Source: Gammaproteobacteria bacterium (GTDB lineage Bacteria > Pseudomonadota > Gammaproteobacteria > JBCCGL01). Taken from it: DNA of 64,000 bases. Position numbers and translations under genes: made by a program. Position 1 is the first letter of the stretch. Each line of letters opens with the position of its first letter. Below the pieces are notes generated by a model. It was given only the letters and a program-made list of their open reading frames with translations, did not search any database and was not told the origin of the DNA. Positions 29,801 to 44,800 of the stretch are shown in pieces. The stretch is taken from contig OZ255836.1 in the NCBI GenBank assembly GCA_965277715.1, positions 1,568,001 to 1,632,000 of the forward strand, given 5' to 3'.

Positions 29801-32800
29801 CCGCCAAAGTTAGCAAGGGTCAAGTCCAGCGCAACATCCTCAGTGGCGACCGCAGTAAAATTTGCAGGATCATTTGTGACAGGGATCGTTTGAATTGTCG
29901 CCACCGCAGCGGCGGCAGTGCTCAACGTAAGCGCATCAATTCCTGCGATGGCAAAGGTACGAACCACGCCATCAAATGCGCTATTACGAAAATGTGTTGC
30001 GTTCAGGAAAGCTCTGGCCTCTACTGTCGAGAGGTTCCCTGTATCACGGGCTACCGTTAAAACATCGCCGGTGCCATTGTAAGCCAGGTTATACGTCACG
30101 CCATTGATCACAACGGTTTGTGAATCAGTGCCTGCATTTAAATCGATACTGACATCACCACCATCAACACCGGTAGCACCGCCGTCAATGCGCAATTGAT
30201 CCCCTGTACCCACATTGTTGGCTGTGACGGTCAGGCTGCTGAAGCCATTGCTGGTTGCATCATCGCTGACCGTTAGATCCGTGTCAGTAAGGCGCACACC
30301 TGTGGCACTCTGGACCGTAAGCAAACTTGGAGAATTGGTGTAGTCAATACCCGTAACACTACCGTCTAAATCTATCACCGGCGCCGTATTAACCCGAATT
30401 GTGGCCACGGCACTATTACCGACTGTTGCCGCCCCATCCGTCAGTTGCACCGCCAGTGTTCTGTCACCCGAGGTGGGGCTAGTGGCGGTATTTTGGTAGG
30501 TTATCGAATTGAGAATATCATCTACCAGGGCTTCGTTAATCACGGCATCACTTGGCCCGGTTATGGTAATGCTCGCCGTTGATGCTGTTACATTAGTCAC
30601 AGTAACCTCAACGTTATTCGCACTAACCGTAATGGTCTGATCTGCCACCGCTGTACCCAGAGCAAAATTTACACCACCAATGTTGAGTATCTCGCTATCA
30701 CCATCCTGCAAACCACCAACGGTAAAGGTGATTACACTGATCGTGTCAACATCAATGGCATCCGCCCCACTGCTGTTGGTGAGACTGACGGCAGTATTGG
30801 CTGCATTATCATTGAAAACAACGCTGGTCGTGGTTGCCCCTGCTCCCGTTGTAACAAAATTATCAGTGTTGATATCCCAATCAACACGCGGTGTATCCGC
30901 TATACCGTTTATGGTGATGGTTAAGGTCGTCGTCGAGCTGTCGCCATCACCATCGGTGATCTGATAAGTAAACGTATCCGTAAGGCTATCGCCTGCCCCT
31001 AGCCCGTTGACGGTGGCATTACTGTCATCCAGGTCATAGCTGTAACTGCCGTCTGCGTTGATGCTCAGTGCCCCGTACATGCCTGCCACAGGGTTTAATA
31101 GCGCGCCCGGCGTGCCGCTGCCCGCCACTATACCGCTCACCGCGCCACCATCGGCACCCAGGGTATCGGCACTATCCGTCAGCACGTTGCCGGTTATATT
31201 CGCTGCCTGCGCGGTCGCTGTACCTTCGGTTACGCTGTTGGTATCCGCCACCGCTGTCGGTGTGTCATCAACAATGCCTATCAGCAGATTAGACGTGCTG
31301 GTTTGACCATCGGTTTCGGTCAGGGTCAGCGCAAAGTTGTCTGTCTCAGGCGTTGTTGCATTGCCTACATCCGTAGTTGCACCCGCCAGGGTATAGCTAT
31401 AATTCACTACGCCTGTGCCACTGTTAAAACCCGTAATGGACAACGTGCCGTTACTACCGGTTATCGTCACTGGAGAACTGGATGTAGCCGCCAATTGCGC
31501 TGCCATGATGGTCGTACCGCCCACCTGCAAGCTGATCAAACCATCCGGGGTGCTTAGCGTAAACATGCCCGTTGTCGTTTCACCCGTTCCTCCCGCATTG
31601 GAACCGTTGCTTAAATCACTTTCCAGTACCTGTGCATCAGTGCCGGCAATAACGCCGGTATTATCGATCAGGTTATTTATCGTTGGCGCACCGTCATCGG
31701 CACCGTTTATGGTAATGGTTAAGGTCGTCGTCGAGCTGTCGCCATCACCATCGGTGATCTGATAAGTAAACGTATCCGTAAGGCTACCGCCTGCCCCTAG
31801 CCCGTTGACGGTCGCATTACTGTCATCCAGGTCATAGCTGTAGCTGCCGTCTGCGTTGATGCTCAGTGCCCCATACATGCCCGTCACCGGGTTTGATAGC
31901 ACGCCCGGCGTGCCGCTGCCCGCCACTATACCGCTCACCGCGCCACCACTGGCTGCACCATCGGCACCCAGGGTATCGTCGGCACTGTCCGTCAGCACGT
32001 TGCCGGTTATATTCGCTGCCGCTGCGCTTGTGCCCTCGGTTACGCTGTTGGTATCCGCCACCGCTGTCGGTGTGTCATCAACAATGCCTATCAGCAGATT
32101 AGACGTAGTGGTTTGGCCATCCGCTTCGGTCAGGGTCAGTGCAAAGCTGTCGCTCTCAATGGCATTGTCTACATCCGTAGTTGCACCCGCCAGGGTATAG
32201 CTATAATTCACTACGCCTGTGCCACTGTTAAAACCCGTAATGGACAACGTGCCGTTACTGCCGGTTATCGTCATCGCTGAACTGGATGTAGCCGCCAATT
32301 GCGCTGCCGTCAGGGTCGTACCACCCACCTGCAGGCTGGTCAAACCATCCGGGGTGCTTAGCGTAAACATGCCCGTTGTCGTTTCACCCGTTCCCATCGC
32401 ATTGGAACCGCTGCTTAAATCACTTTCCAGTACCTGTGCATCAGTACCCGGAATATTAGCGTTATTATCGATCAGGTTATTTATCGTTGGCGCACCGTCA
32501 TCGGCACCGTTTATGGTAATGGTTAAGGTCGTCGTCGAGCTGTCGCCATCACCATCGGTGATCTGATAAGTAAACGTATCCGTAAGGCTACCGCCTGCCC
32601 CTAGCCCGTTGACGGTCGCATTACTGTCATCCAGGTCATAGCTGTAGCTGCCGTCTGCGTTGATGCTCAGTGCCCCATACATGCCCGTCACCGGGTTTGA
32701 TAGCGCGACCGGCGTGCCGCTGCCCGCCACTATACCGCTCACCGCGCCACCACTGGCTGCACCATCGGCACCCAGGGTATCGTCGGCACTATCCGTCAAC

Positions 32801-35800
32801 ACGTTGCCGGTTATATTCGCTGCCGCTGCGCTTGTGCCCTCGGTTACGCTGTTGGTATCCGCCACCGCTGTCGGTATGTCATCAACAATGCCTATCAGCA
32901 GATTAGACGTAGTGGTTTGGCCATCCGCTTCGGTCAGGGTCAGTGCAAAGCTGTCGCTCTCAATGGCATTGTCTACATCCGTAGTTGCACCCGCCAGGGT
33001 ATAGCTATAACTCACTGCGCCTGTACCACTGTTAAAACCCGTGATAGACAACGTGCCGTTAATGCCGGTTATCGTCATCGCTGAACTGGATGTAGCCGCC
33101 AATTGCGCTGCCGTCAGGGTCGTACCACCCACCTGCAGGCTGGTCAAACCATCCGGGGTGCTTAGCGTAAATGTGCCCGCTGTCGTTTCACCCGTTCCCG
33201 CTGCATTGGAACCGTTGCTTAAATCACTTTCCAAGACCTGTACATCCGTACCCGGAATATTAGCGTTATTATCGATCAGGTCATTTATCGTTGGCGCACC
33301 GTCATCGGCACCGTTTATGGTAATGGTTAAGGTCGTCGTCGAGCTGTCGCCATCACCATCGGTGATCTGATAAGTAAACGTATCCGTAAGGCTACCGCCT
33401 GCCCCTAGCCCGTTGACGGTCGCATTACTGTCATCCAGGTCATAGCTGTAGCTGCCGTCTGCGTTGATGGTCAGTGCCCCATACATACCTGTCACAGGGT
33501 TTGATAGCGCGCCCGGCGTGCCACTGCCCGCCACTATACCGCTCACCGCACCCCCACTGGCTGCACCATCGGCACCCAGGGTATCGGCACTGTCCGTCAG
33601 CACGTTACCGGTTATATTCGCTGCCGCTGCGCTTGTGCCCTCGGTTACGCTGTTGGTATCCGCCACCGCTGTCGGTGTGTCATCAACAATGCCTATCAAC
33701 AGATTAGACGTGCTGGTTTGGCCATCGGTTTCGGTCAGGGTCAGCGCAAAACTGTCTGTCTCAGGCGTTGTTGCATTGCCTACATCCGTAGTTGCACCCG
33801 CCAGGGTATAGCTATAATTCACTACGCCTGTGCCACTGTTAAAACCCGTAATGGACAACGTGCCGTTACTGCCGGTTATCGTCATCGCTGAACTGGATGT
33901 AGCCGCCAATTGCGCTGCCGTCAGGGTCGTACCACCCACCTGCAGGCTGGTCAAACCATCCGGGGTGCTTAGCGTAAACATGCCCGTTGTCGTTTCACCC
34001 GTTCCTCCCGCATTGGAACCGTTGCTTAAATCACTTTCCAGTACCTGCGCATCAGTGCCAGCAATAACGCCGGTATTATCGGTCAGGTCATTTATCGTTG
34101 GCGCACCGTCATCGGCACCGTTTATGGTAATGGTTAAGGTCGTCGTCGAGCTGTCGCCATCACCATCGGTGATCTGATAAGTAAACGTATCCGTAAGGCT
34201 ACCGCCTGCCCCTAGCCCGTTGACGGTCGCATTACTGTCATCCAGGTCATAGCTGTAGCTGCCGTCTGCGTTGATGCTCAGTGCCCCATACATGCCCGTC
34301 ACCGGGTTTGATAGCGCGACCGGCGTGCCGCTGCCCGCCACTATACCGCTCACCGCGCCACCACTGGCTGCACCATCGGCACCCAGGGTATCGTCGGCAC
34401 TATCCGTCAACACGTTGCCGGTTATATTCGCTGCCGCTGCGCTTGTGCCCTCGGTTACGCTGTTGGTATCCGCCACCGCTGTCGGTATGTCATCAACAAT
34501 GCCTATCAGCAGATTAGACGTAGTGGTTTGGCCATCCGCTTCGGTCAGGGTCAGTGCAAAGCTGTCGCTCTCAATGGCATTGTCTACATCCGTAGTTGCA
34601 CCCGCCAGGGTATAGCTATAATTCACTACGCCTGTGCCACTGTTAAAACCCGTGATAGACAACGTGCCGTTACTGCCGGTTATCGTCATCGCTGAACTGG
34701 ATGTAGCCGCCAATTGCGCTGCCGTCAGGGTCGTACCACCCACCTGCAGGCTGGTCAAACCATCCGGGGTGCTTAGCGTAAATGTGCCCGCTGTCGTTTC
34801 ACCCGTTCCCGTTGCATTGGAACCGTTGCTTAAATCACTTTCCAAGACCTGTACATCCGTACCCGGAATATTAGCGTTATTATCGATCAGGCCATTTATC
34901 GTTGGCGCACCGTCATCGGCACCGTTTATGGTAATGGTTAAGGTTGTCGTCGAGCTGTCGCCATCACCATCGGTGATCTGATAAGTAAACGTATCCGTAA
35001 GGCTACCGCCTGCCCCCAACCCGTTGACGGTCGCATTACTGTCATCCAGGTCATAGCTGTAACTGCCGTCTGCGTTGATGCTCAGTGCCCCATACATGCC
35101 TGTCACAGGGTTTGATAGCGCGACCGGCGTGCCGCTGCCCGCCACTATACCGCTCACCGCGCCACCACTGGCTGCACCATCGGCACCCAGGGTATCGGCA
35201 CTATCCGTCAGCACGTTGCCGGTTATATTCGCTGCCGCTGCTGTGCTTGTGCCCTCGGTTACGCTGTTGGTATCCGCCACCGCTGTCGGTGTGTCATCAA
35301 CAATGCCTATCAGCAGATTAGACGCGATGGTTTGGCCATCCGCTTCGGTCAGGGTCAGTGCAAAGCTGTCGCTCTCAATGGCATTGTCTACATCCGTAGT
35401 TGCACCCGCCAGGGTATAGCTATAACTCACTGCGCCTGTACCAGTGTTAAAACCCGTGATAGACAACGTACCGTTACTACCGGTTATCGTCACTGGAGAA
35501 CTGGATGTAGCCGCCAATTGCGCTGCCATGATGGTCGTACCACCCACTTGCAGGCTGGTCAAACCATCCGGGGTGCTTAGCGTAAACGTGCCCGTTGTCG
35601 TTTCACCCGCTCCCGCTGCATTGGAACCGTTGCTTAAATCACTTTCCAGCACCTGTGCATCAGTGCCAGCAATAACGCCGGTATTATCGGTCAGGTCATT
35701 TATCGTTGGCGCACCGTCATCGGCACCGTTTATGGTAATGGTTAAGGTCGTCGTCGAGCTGTCGCCATCACCATCAGTGATCTGATAAGTAAACGTATCC

Positions 35801-38800
35801 GTAAGGCTACCGCCTGCCCTCAACCCGTTGACGCTGGCATTACTGTCATCCAGGTCATAGCTGTAACTGCCGTCTGCGTTGATGCTCAGTGCCCCATACA
35901 TGCCTGTCACAGGGTTTGATAGCGCGCCCGGCGTGCCGCTACCCGCCACTATACCGCTCACCGCACCACCATCGGCACCCAGGGTATCGGCACTGTCCGT
36001 CAGCACGTTGCCGGTTATATTCGCTGCCGCTGCGCTTGTGCCCTCGGTTACGCTGTTGGTATCCGCCACCGCTGTCGGTGTGTCATCAACAATGCCTATC
36101 AGCAGATTAGACGTGCTGGTTTGGCCATCCGCTTCGGTCAGGGTCAGTGCAAAGCTGTCGCTCTCGATGGCATTGCTTACATCCGTAGCCGCACTCGTCA
36201 GGGTATAGCTATAACTCACTACGCCTGTGCCACTGTTAAAACCCGTGATAGACAACGTGCCGTTGCTGCCGGTTATCGTCACTGGAGAACTGGATGTAGC
36301 CGCCAACTGCGCTGCCATGATGGTCGTACCACCCACTTGCAGGCTGGTCAAACCATCCGGGGTGCTTAGCGTAAACATGCCCGTTGTCGTTTCACCCGCT
36401 CCCATCGCATTGGAACCGTTGCTTAAATCACTTTCCAGGACTTGTGCATCCGTACCCGGAATATTAGCGTTATTATCGATCAGGTCATTTATCGTTGGCG
36501 CACCGTCATCGGCACCGTTTATGGTAATGGTTAAGGTCGTCGTCGAGCTGTCGCCATCACCATCGGTGATCTGATAAGTAAACGTATCCGTAAGGCTATC
36601 GCCTGCCCCCAACCCGTTGACGCTGGCATTACTGTCATCCAGGTCATAGCTGTAGCTGCCGTCTGCGTTGATGTTCAGCGCCCCGTACATGCCCGTCACC
36701 GGGTTTGATAGCGCGACCGGCGTGCCGCTGCCCGCCACTATACCGCTCACCGCACCCCCACTGGCTACACCATCGGCACCCAGGGTATCGGCACTGTCTG
36801 TCAGCACGTTGCCGGTTATATTCGCTGCCGCTGCGCTTGTGCCCTCGGTTACGCTGTTGGTATCCGCCACCGCTGTCGGTGTGTCATCAACAATGCCTAT
36901 CAGCAGATTAGACGTAGTGGTTTGGTCATCGGTTTCGGTCAGGGTCAGTGCAAAGCTGTCGCTCTCAATAGCATTGTCTACATCCGTAGCCGCACTCGTC
37001 AAGGTATAGCTATAACTCACTGCGCCTGTGCCACTGTCAAAACCCGTGATAGACAACGTGCCGTTACTGCCGGTTATCGTCACTGGAGAACTGGATGTAG
37101 CCGCCAATTGCGCTGCCGTCAGGGTCGTACCGCCCACCTCCAGGCTGGTCAAACCATCCGGGGTGCTTAGCGTAAATGTGCCCGTTGTCGTTTCACCCGT
37201 TCCCGCTGCATTGGAACCACTGCTTAAATCACTTTCCAGGACTTGTGCATCAGTGCCAGCAATAACGCCGGTATTATCGATCAAGCCATTTATCGTTGGC
37301 GCACCGTCATCGGCACCGTTTATGGTAATGGTTAAGGTTGTCGTCGAGCTGTCGCCATCACCATCGGTGATCTGATAAGTAAACGTATCCGTGAGGCTAC
37401 CGCCTGCTCCCAACCCGTTGACGGTGGCATTACTGTCATCCAGGTCATAGCTGTAACTGCCGTCTGCGTTGATGCTCAGTGCCCCATACATACCCGTCAC
37501 AGGGTTTGATAGTGCAACCGGCGTGCCGCTGCCCGCCACTATACCGCTCACCGCACCCCCACTGGCTGCACCATCGGCACCCAGGGTATCGGCATTATCC
37601 GTCAACACATTGCCGGTTATATTCGCCGCCTGCGTGATCGCTGTACCTTCGGTTACGCTGTTGGTATCCGCCACCGCTGTCGGTGTGTCATCAACAATGC
37701 CTATCAGCAGATTAGACGTGATGGTTTGGCCATCGGTTTCGGTCAGGGTCAGCGCAAAACTGTCGCTCTCAATGGCGTTGTCTACATCCGTAGTTGCACC
37801 CGCCAGGGTATAGCTATAATTCACTACGCCTGTGCCACTGTTAAAACCCGTGATAGACAACGTGCCGTTGCTACCGGTTATCGTCACCGCTGAGCTGGAT
37901 GTAGCCACCAGGTCCTGTGCCGTCAGTGTCGTACTGCCCACCTGCAGGCTGGTCAAACCATCCGGGGTGCTTAGCGTAAACGTGCCCGTTGTCGTTTCAC
38001 CCGTTCCCGCCGCATTGGAACCGCTGCTTAAATCACTTTCCAGTACCTGTGCATCAGTACCCGGAATATTAGCGTTATTATCGATCAGGCCATTTATCGT
38101 TGGCGCACCGTCATCGGCACCGTTTATGGTAATCGTTAAGGTTGTCGTCGAGCTATCACCATCACCATCGGTGATCTGATAAGTAAACGTATCCGTAAGG
38201 CTACCGCCTGCCCCTAGCCCGTTGACGGTCGCATTACTGTCATCCAGGTCATAGCTGTAACTGCCGTCTGCGTTGATGGTCAGAGCCCCGTACATGCCCG
38301 TCACCGGGTTTGATAGCACGCCCGGCGTGCCGCTGCCCGCCACTATACCGCTCACCGCACCCCCACTGGCTGCACCATCGGCACCCAGGGTATCGGCACT
38401 GTCTGTCAGCACGTTGCCGGTTATATTCGCTGCCGCTGCGCTTGTGCCCTCGGTTACGCTGTTGGTATCCGCCACCGCTGTCGGTGTGTCATCAACAATG
38501 CCTATACTTAACGTACCTGCGGCGGTGGCATTAGTGTCGTCGGTTACTGTCAGTGCAAAACTGTCGGTCTCGGCTGCATTGCCTGCATCCGTAGTCGCAC
38601 CCGTCAGGGTATAGCTATAACTCACTACGCCTGTGCCACTGTTAAAACCTGTGATAGACAACGTGCCGTTACTGCCGGTTATCGTCACCGCTGAGCTGGT
38701 GGATGTAGCCGCCAATTGCGCTGCCATGATGATCGTACTGCCCACTTGCAGGCTGGTCAAACCATCCGGGGTGCTTAGCGTAAACGTGCCCGTTGTCGTT

Positions 38801-41800
38801 TCACCCGTTCCTGCGGCATTGGAACCGCTGCTTAAATCACTTTCCAGTACCTGTGCATCAGTACCCGGAATACTAGCGTTATTATCGGTCAAACCACTTA
38901 GATTAGGACCACCATCGTTGCTGCCATTGATAGTAATCGTCAGGGTGGTCGTGGCCGTATCACCATCGCCATCGGTAATCTGATAGGTGAAAGTGTCCAT
39001 CAGGCTTTCACCCGATATCAGAGCATTCACTGCCGTATTGTTGTCGTCCAGATCATAACTGTAACTGCCGTCTGCGTTGATGGTCAACGCACCATACGCG
39101 CCTGCCACAGGTGTTGTTGATATTGTTGCCAACGTGCCGCTTCCTGCCGCTATACCGCTCACCGCACCCCCACTGGCTGCACCATCGGCACCCAGGATAT
39201 CGGCATTATCCGTCAACACATTGCCGGTTATATTCGCTGCCTGCGCGGTCGCTGCACCTTCGGTTACGCTGTTGGTATCTGCTACCGCTGTTGGTGTGTC
39301 ATCAACAATGCCTATCAGCAGATTAGACGTGATGGTTTGGCCATCGGTTTCGGTCAAGGTCAGCGCAAAACTGTCTGTCTCAGGCGTTGTTGCATTGCCT
39401 ACATCCGTAGTTGCACTCGTCAGGGTATAGCTATAACTCACTGCGCCTGTGCCACTGTTAAAACCCGTGATAGACAACGTGCCGTTACTGCCGGTTATCG
39501 TCACTGGAGAACTGGATGTAGCCGCCAGATCCTGTACCGTCAGGGTCGTACTGCCCACCTGCAGGCTGGTCAAACCATCCGGGGTGCTTAGCGTAAACGT
39601 GCCCGTTGTCGTTTCACCCGTTCCTGCGGCATTGGAACCACTGCTTAAATCACTTTCCAGCACCTGTGCATCAGTACCGGCAATAACGCCGGTATTATCG
39701 GTCAAACCATTTATCGTTGGCGCACCGTCATCGGCACCGTTTATGGTAATGGTTAAGGTCGTCGTCGAGCTATCACCATCACCATCGGTGATCTGATAGG
39801 TGAAGGTATCCATAAGGCTATCGCCTGCCCCTAGCCCGTTGACGCTGGCATTACTGTCATCCAGGTCATAGCTGTAGCTGCCGTCTGCGTTGATAGTCAG
39901 TGCCCCATACATGCCTGTCACAGGGTTTGATAGCGCGCCCGGCGTGCCGCTGCCCGCCACTATACCGCTCACCGCACCCCCACTGGCTGCACCATCGGCA
40001 CCCAGGGTATCGGCACTATCCGTCAACACGTTGCCGGTTATATTCGCTGCCGCTGCGCTTGTGCCCTCGGTTACGCTGTTGGTATCCGCCACCGCTGTCG
40101 GTGTGTCATCAACAATGCCTATCAGCAGATTAGACATGCTGGTTTGTCCATCGGTTTCGGTCAGGGTCAGCGCAAAACTGTCGCTCTCAATGGCATTGTC
40201 TACATCCGTAGTTGCACCCGCCAGGGTATAGCTATAACTCACTGCGCCTGTGCCACTGTTAAAACCTGTGATAGACAACGTGCCGTTGCTGCCGGTTATC
40301 GTCACTGGAGAACTGGATGTAGCCGCCAACTGCGCTGCCGTCAGGGTCATACCGCCCACCTCCAGGCTGGTCAAACCATCCGGGGTGCTTAGCGTAAATG
40401 TGCCCGTTGTCGTTTCACCCGTTCCTGCGGCATTGGAACCACTGCTTAAATCACTTTCCAAGACCTGTGCATCAGTACCCGGAATATTAGCGTTATTATC
40501 GATCAGGCCATTTATCGTTGGCGCACCGTCATCGGCACCGTTTATGGTAATGGTTAAGGTCGTCGTCGAGCTATCACCATCACCATCGGTGATCTGATAG
40601 GTGAAGGTATCCATAAGGCTATCGCCTGCCCCTAGCCCGTTGACGGTCGCATTACTGTCATCCAGGTCATAGCTGTAACTGCCGTCTGCGTTGATGCTCA
40701 GTGCCCCATACATGCCCGTCACAGGGTTTGATAACGCGACCGGCGTGCCGCTGCCCGCCACTATACCGCTCACCGCACCCCCACTGGCTGCACCATCGGC
40801 ACCCAGGGTATCGGCACTGTCCGTCAGCACATTGCCGGTTATATTCGCTGCCGCTGCGCTTGTGCCCTCGGTTACGCTGTTGGTATCCGCCACCGCTGTC
40901 GGTGTGTCATCAACAATGCCTATCAGCAGATTAGACGTGCTGGTTTGGCCATCGGTTTCAGTCAGGGTCAGTGCAAAGCTGTCGCTCTCGATGGCATTGT
41001 CTACATCCGTAGTTGCACTCATCAGGGTATAGCTATAACTCACTGCACCTGTGCCACTGTCAAAACCCGTGATAGACAACGTGCCGTTACTGCCGGTTAT
41101 CGTCATTGGAGAACTGGATGTAGCCGCCAATTGCGCTGCCGTCAGGGTCATACCGCCCACCTCCAGGCTGGTCAAACCATCCGGGGTGCTTAGCGTAAAT
41201 GTGCCCGTTGTCGTTTCACCCGTTCCTGCGGCATTGGAACCACTGCTTAAATCACTTTCCAGGACTTGTGCATCAGTACCAGCAATAACGCCGGTATTAT
41301 CGGTCAAACCATTTATCGTTGGCGCACCGTCATCGGCACCGTTTATGGTAATGGTTAAGGTCGTCGTCGAGCTATCACCATCACCATCGGTGATCTGATA
41401 AGTAAACGTATCCGTAAGGCTACCGCCTGCCCCCAACCCGTTGACGCTGGCATTACTGTCATCCAGGTCATAGCTGTAGCTGCCGTCTGCGTTGATGCTC
41501 AGCGCACCATACATGCCCGTCACAGGGTTTGATAGCGCGACCGGCGTGCCGCTGCCCGCCACTATACCGCTCACCGCGCCACCACTGGCTGCACCATCGG
41601 CACCCAGGGTATCAGCACTATCCGTCAGCACGTTGCCGGTTATATTCGCCGCCTGCGTGATCGCTGTACCTTCGGTTACGCTGTTGGTATCCGCCACCGC
41701 TGTCGGTGTGTCATCAACAATGCCTATCAGCAGATTAGACGTAGTGGTTTGGCCATCGGTTTCGGTCAGGGTTAGCGCAAAGCTGTCTGTCTCAGGCGTT

Positions 41801-44800
41801 GTTGCATTGCCTACATCCGTAGCCGCGCTCGTCAAAGTATAGCTATAACTCACTACGCCTGTGCCACTGTTAAAACCCGTGATAGACAACGTGCCGTTGC
41901 TACCGATTATCATCACCGCTGAGCTGGATGTAGCTACCAGGTCCTGTGCCGTCAGGGTCGTACTGCCCACTTGCAGGCTGGTCAAACCATCCGGGGTGCT
42001 TAGCGTAAACGTGCCCGTTGTCGTTTCACCCGTTCCCGCCGCATTGGAACCGTTGCTTAAATCACTTTCCAGCACCTGTGCATCAGTACCGGCAATAACG
42101 CCGGTATTATCGGTCAAACCATTTATCGTTGGCGCACCGTCATCGGCACCGTTTATGGTAATGGTTAAGGTCGTCGTCGAGCTATCACCATCACCATCGG
42201 TGATCTGATAGGTGAAGGTATCCGTAAGGCTACCGCCTGCCCCTAGCCCGTTGACGGTGGCATTACTGTCATCCAGGTCATAGCTGTAGCTGCCGTCTGC
42301 GTTGATAGTCAGTGCCCCATACATGCCTGTCACAGGGTTTGATAGCGCGCCCGGCGTGCCGCTGCCCGCCACTATACCGCTCACCGCGCCCCCACTGGCT
42401 GCACCATCGGCACCCAGGGTATCGGCACTGTCTGTCAGCACGTTGCCGGTTATATTCGCTGCCGCTGCGCTTGTGCCCTCGGTTACGCTGTTGGTATCCG
42501 CTACAGCTGTCGGTGTGTCATCAACAATGCCTATGCTTAATGTACCAGCGGCGATTGCATTAGTGTCGTCGGTTACTGTCAGCGCAAAACTGTCGGTCTC
42601 GGCTGCATTGCCTGCATCCGTAGTCGCACTCGTCAGGGTATAGCTATAACTCACTACGCCTGTACCACTGTTAAAACCCGTGATAGACAACGTGCCATTA
42701 CTGCCGACTATCGTCACCGCTGAGCTGGATGTAGCCGCCAATTGCGCTGCCGTCAGGGTCGTGCTGCCCACTTGCAAGCTGGTCAAACCATCCGGGGTGC
42801 TTAGCGTAAATGTGCCCGTTGTCGTTTCACCCGTTCCTGCCGCATTGGAACCGCTGCTTAAATCGCTTTCCAGCACCTGTGCATCAGTACCCGGAATATT
42901 AACGTTATTATCGATCAAACCACTTAGATTAGGACCACCATCGTTGCTGCCATTGATAGTAATCGTCAGGGTGGTCGTGGCCGTATCACCATCGCCATCG
43001 GTAATCTGATAGGTGAAAGTGTCCATCAGGCTTTCACCCGATATCAGGGCATTCACTGCCGTATTATTGTCGTCCAGATCATAACTGTAACTGCCGTCTG
43101 CGTTGATGGTCAACGCACCATACGCGCCTGCCACAGGTGTTGTTGATATTGTTGCCAACGTGCCGCTTCCTGCCGCTATACCGCTCACCGCGCCACCACT
43201 GGTTGCACCATCGGCACCCAGGATATCGGCATTATCCGTCAATACATTGCCGGTTATATTCGCTGCCTGCGCAGGGTCTATACCCTCAATTACAATATTG
43301 GTATCCGCCACCGCTGTCGGTGTGTCATCAACAATGCCTATCAGCAGATTAGACGTGCTGGTTTGGCCATCCGCTTCGGTCAGGGTCAGCGCAAAACTGT
43401 CTGTCTCAGGCGTTGTTGCATTGCCTACATCCGTAGTTGCACTCGTCAGGGTATAGCTGTAACTCACTGCGCCTGTACCACTGTTAAAACCCGTGATAGA
43501 CAACGTGCCGTTACTACCGGTTATCGTCACTGGAGAACTGGATGTAGCCGCCAACTGCGCTGCCGTCAAGGTCATACTGCCCACCTCCAGGCTGGTCAAA
43601 CCATCCGGGGTGCTTAGCGTGAACGTACCCGTTGTCGTTTCACCCGCTCCCGCCGCATTGGAACCGCTGCTTAAATCACTTTCCAGCACCTGTGCATCAG
43701 TACCGGCAATAACGCCGGTATTATCGGTCAAACCATTTATCGTTGGCGCACCGTCATCGGCACCGTTTATGGTAATGGTTAAGGTTGTCGTCGAGCTATC
43801 ACCATCACCATCGGTGATCTGATAGGTGAAGGTATCCATAAGGCTATCGCCTGCCCCCAACCCGTTGACGCTGGCATTACTGTCATCCAGGTCATAGCTG
43901 TAGCTGCCGTCTGCGTTGATGCTCAGTGCCCCATACATGCCCGTCACAGGGTTTGATAGCACGCCCGGCGTGCCGCTGCCCGCCACTATACCGCTCACCG
44001 CGCCACCACTGGCTGCACCATCAGCACCCAGGGTATCGGCACTGTCCGTCAGCACGTTGCCGGTTATATTCGCTGCCGCTGCGCTTGTGCCCTCGGTTAC
44101 GCTGTTGGTATCCGCCACCGCTGTCGGTGTGTCATCAACAATGCCTATACTTAACGTACCTGCGGCGGTGGCATTAGTGCCGTCGGTTACTGTCAGCGCA
44201 AAACTGTCAGTCTCGGCTGCGTTACCTGCATCCGTAGTCGCACTCGTCAGGGTATAGCTATAACTCACTGCGCCTGTGCCACTGTTAAAACCCGTGATAG
44301 ACAACGTGCCGTTGCTACCGGCTATCGTCACTGCTGAACTGGATGTAGCCGCCAATTGCGCTGCCGTCAGGGTCATACTGCCCACCTGCAGGCTGGTCAA
44401 ACCATCCGGGGTGCTTAGCGTAAACGTGCCCGTTGTCGTTTCACCCGTTCCTGCCGCATTGGAACCGCTGCTTAAATCACTTTCCAGTACCTGTGCATCA
44501 GTGCCCGGAATACTAGCGTTATTATCAGTCAAACCACTTAGGTTAAGACCACCATCGTTGCTGCCATTGATAGTAATCGTCAGGGTGGTCGTGGCCGTAT
44601 CACCATCGCCATCGGTAATCTGATAGGTGAAAGTGTCCATCAGGCTTTCACCCGATATCAGGGCATTCACTGCCGTATTATTGTCGTCCAGATCATAACT
44701 ATAACTGCCGTCTGCGTTGATGCTCAGTGCCCCGTACATGCCTGCCACAGGGTTTGATAGCGCGCCCGGCGTGCCGCTGCCCGCCACTATACCGCTCACC

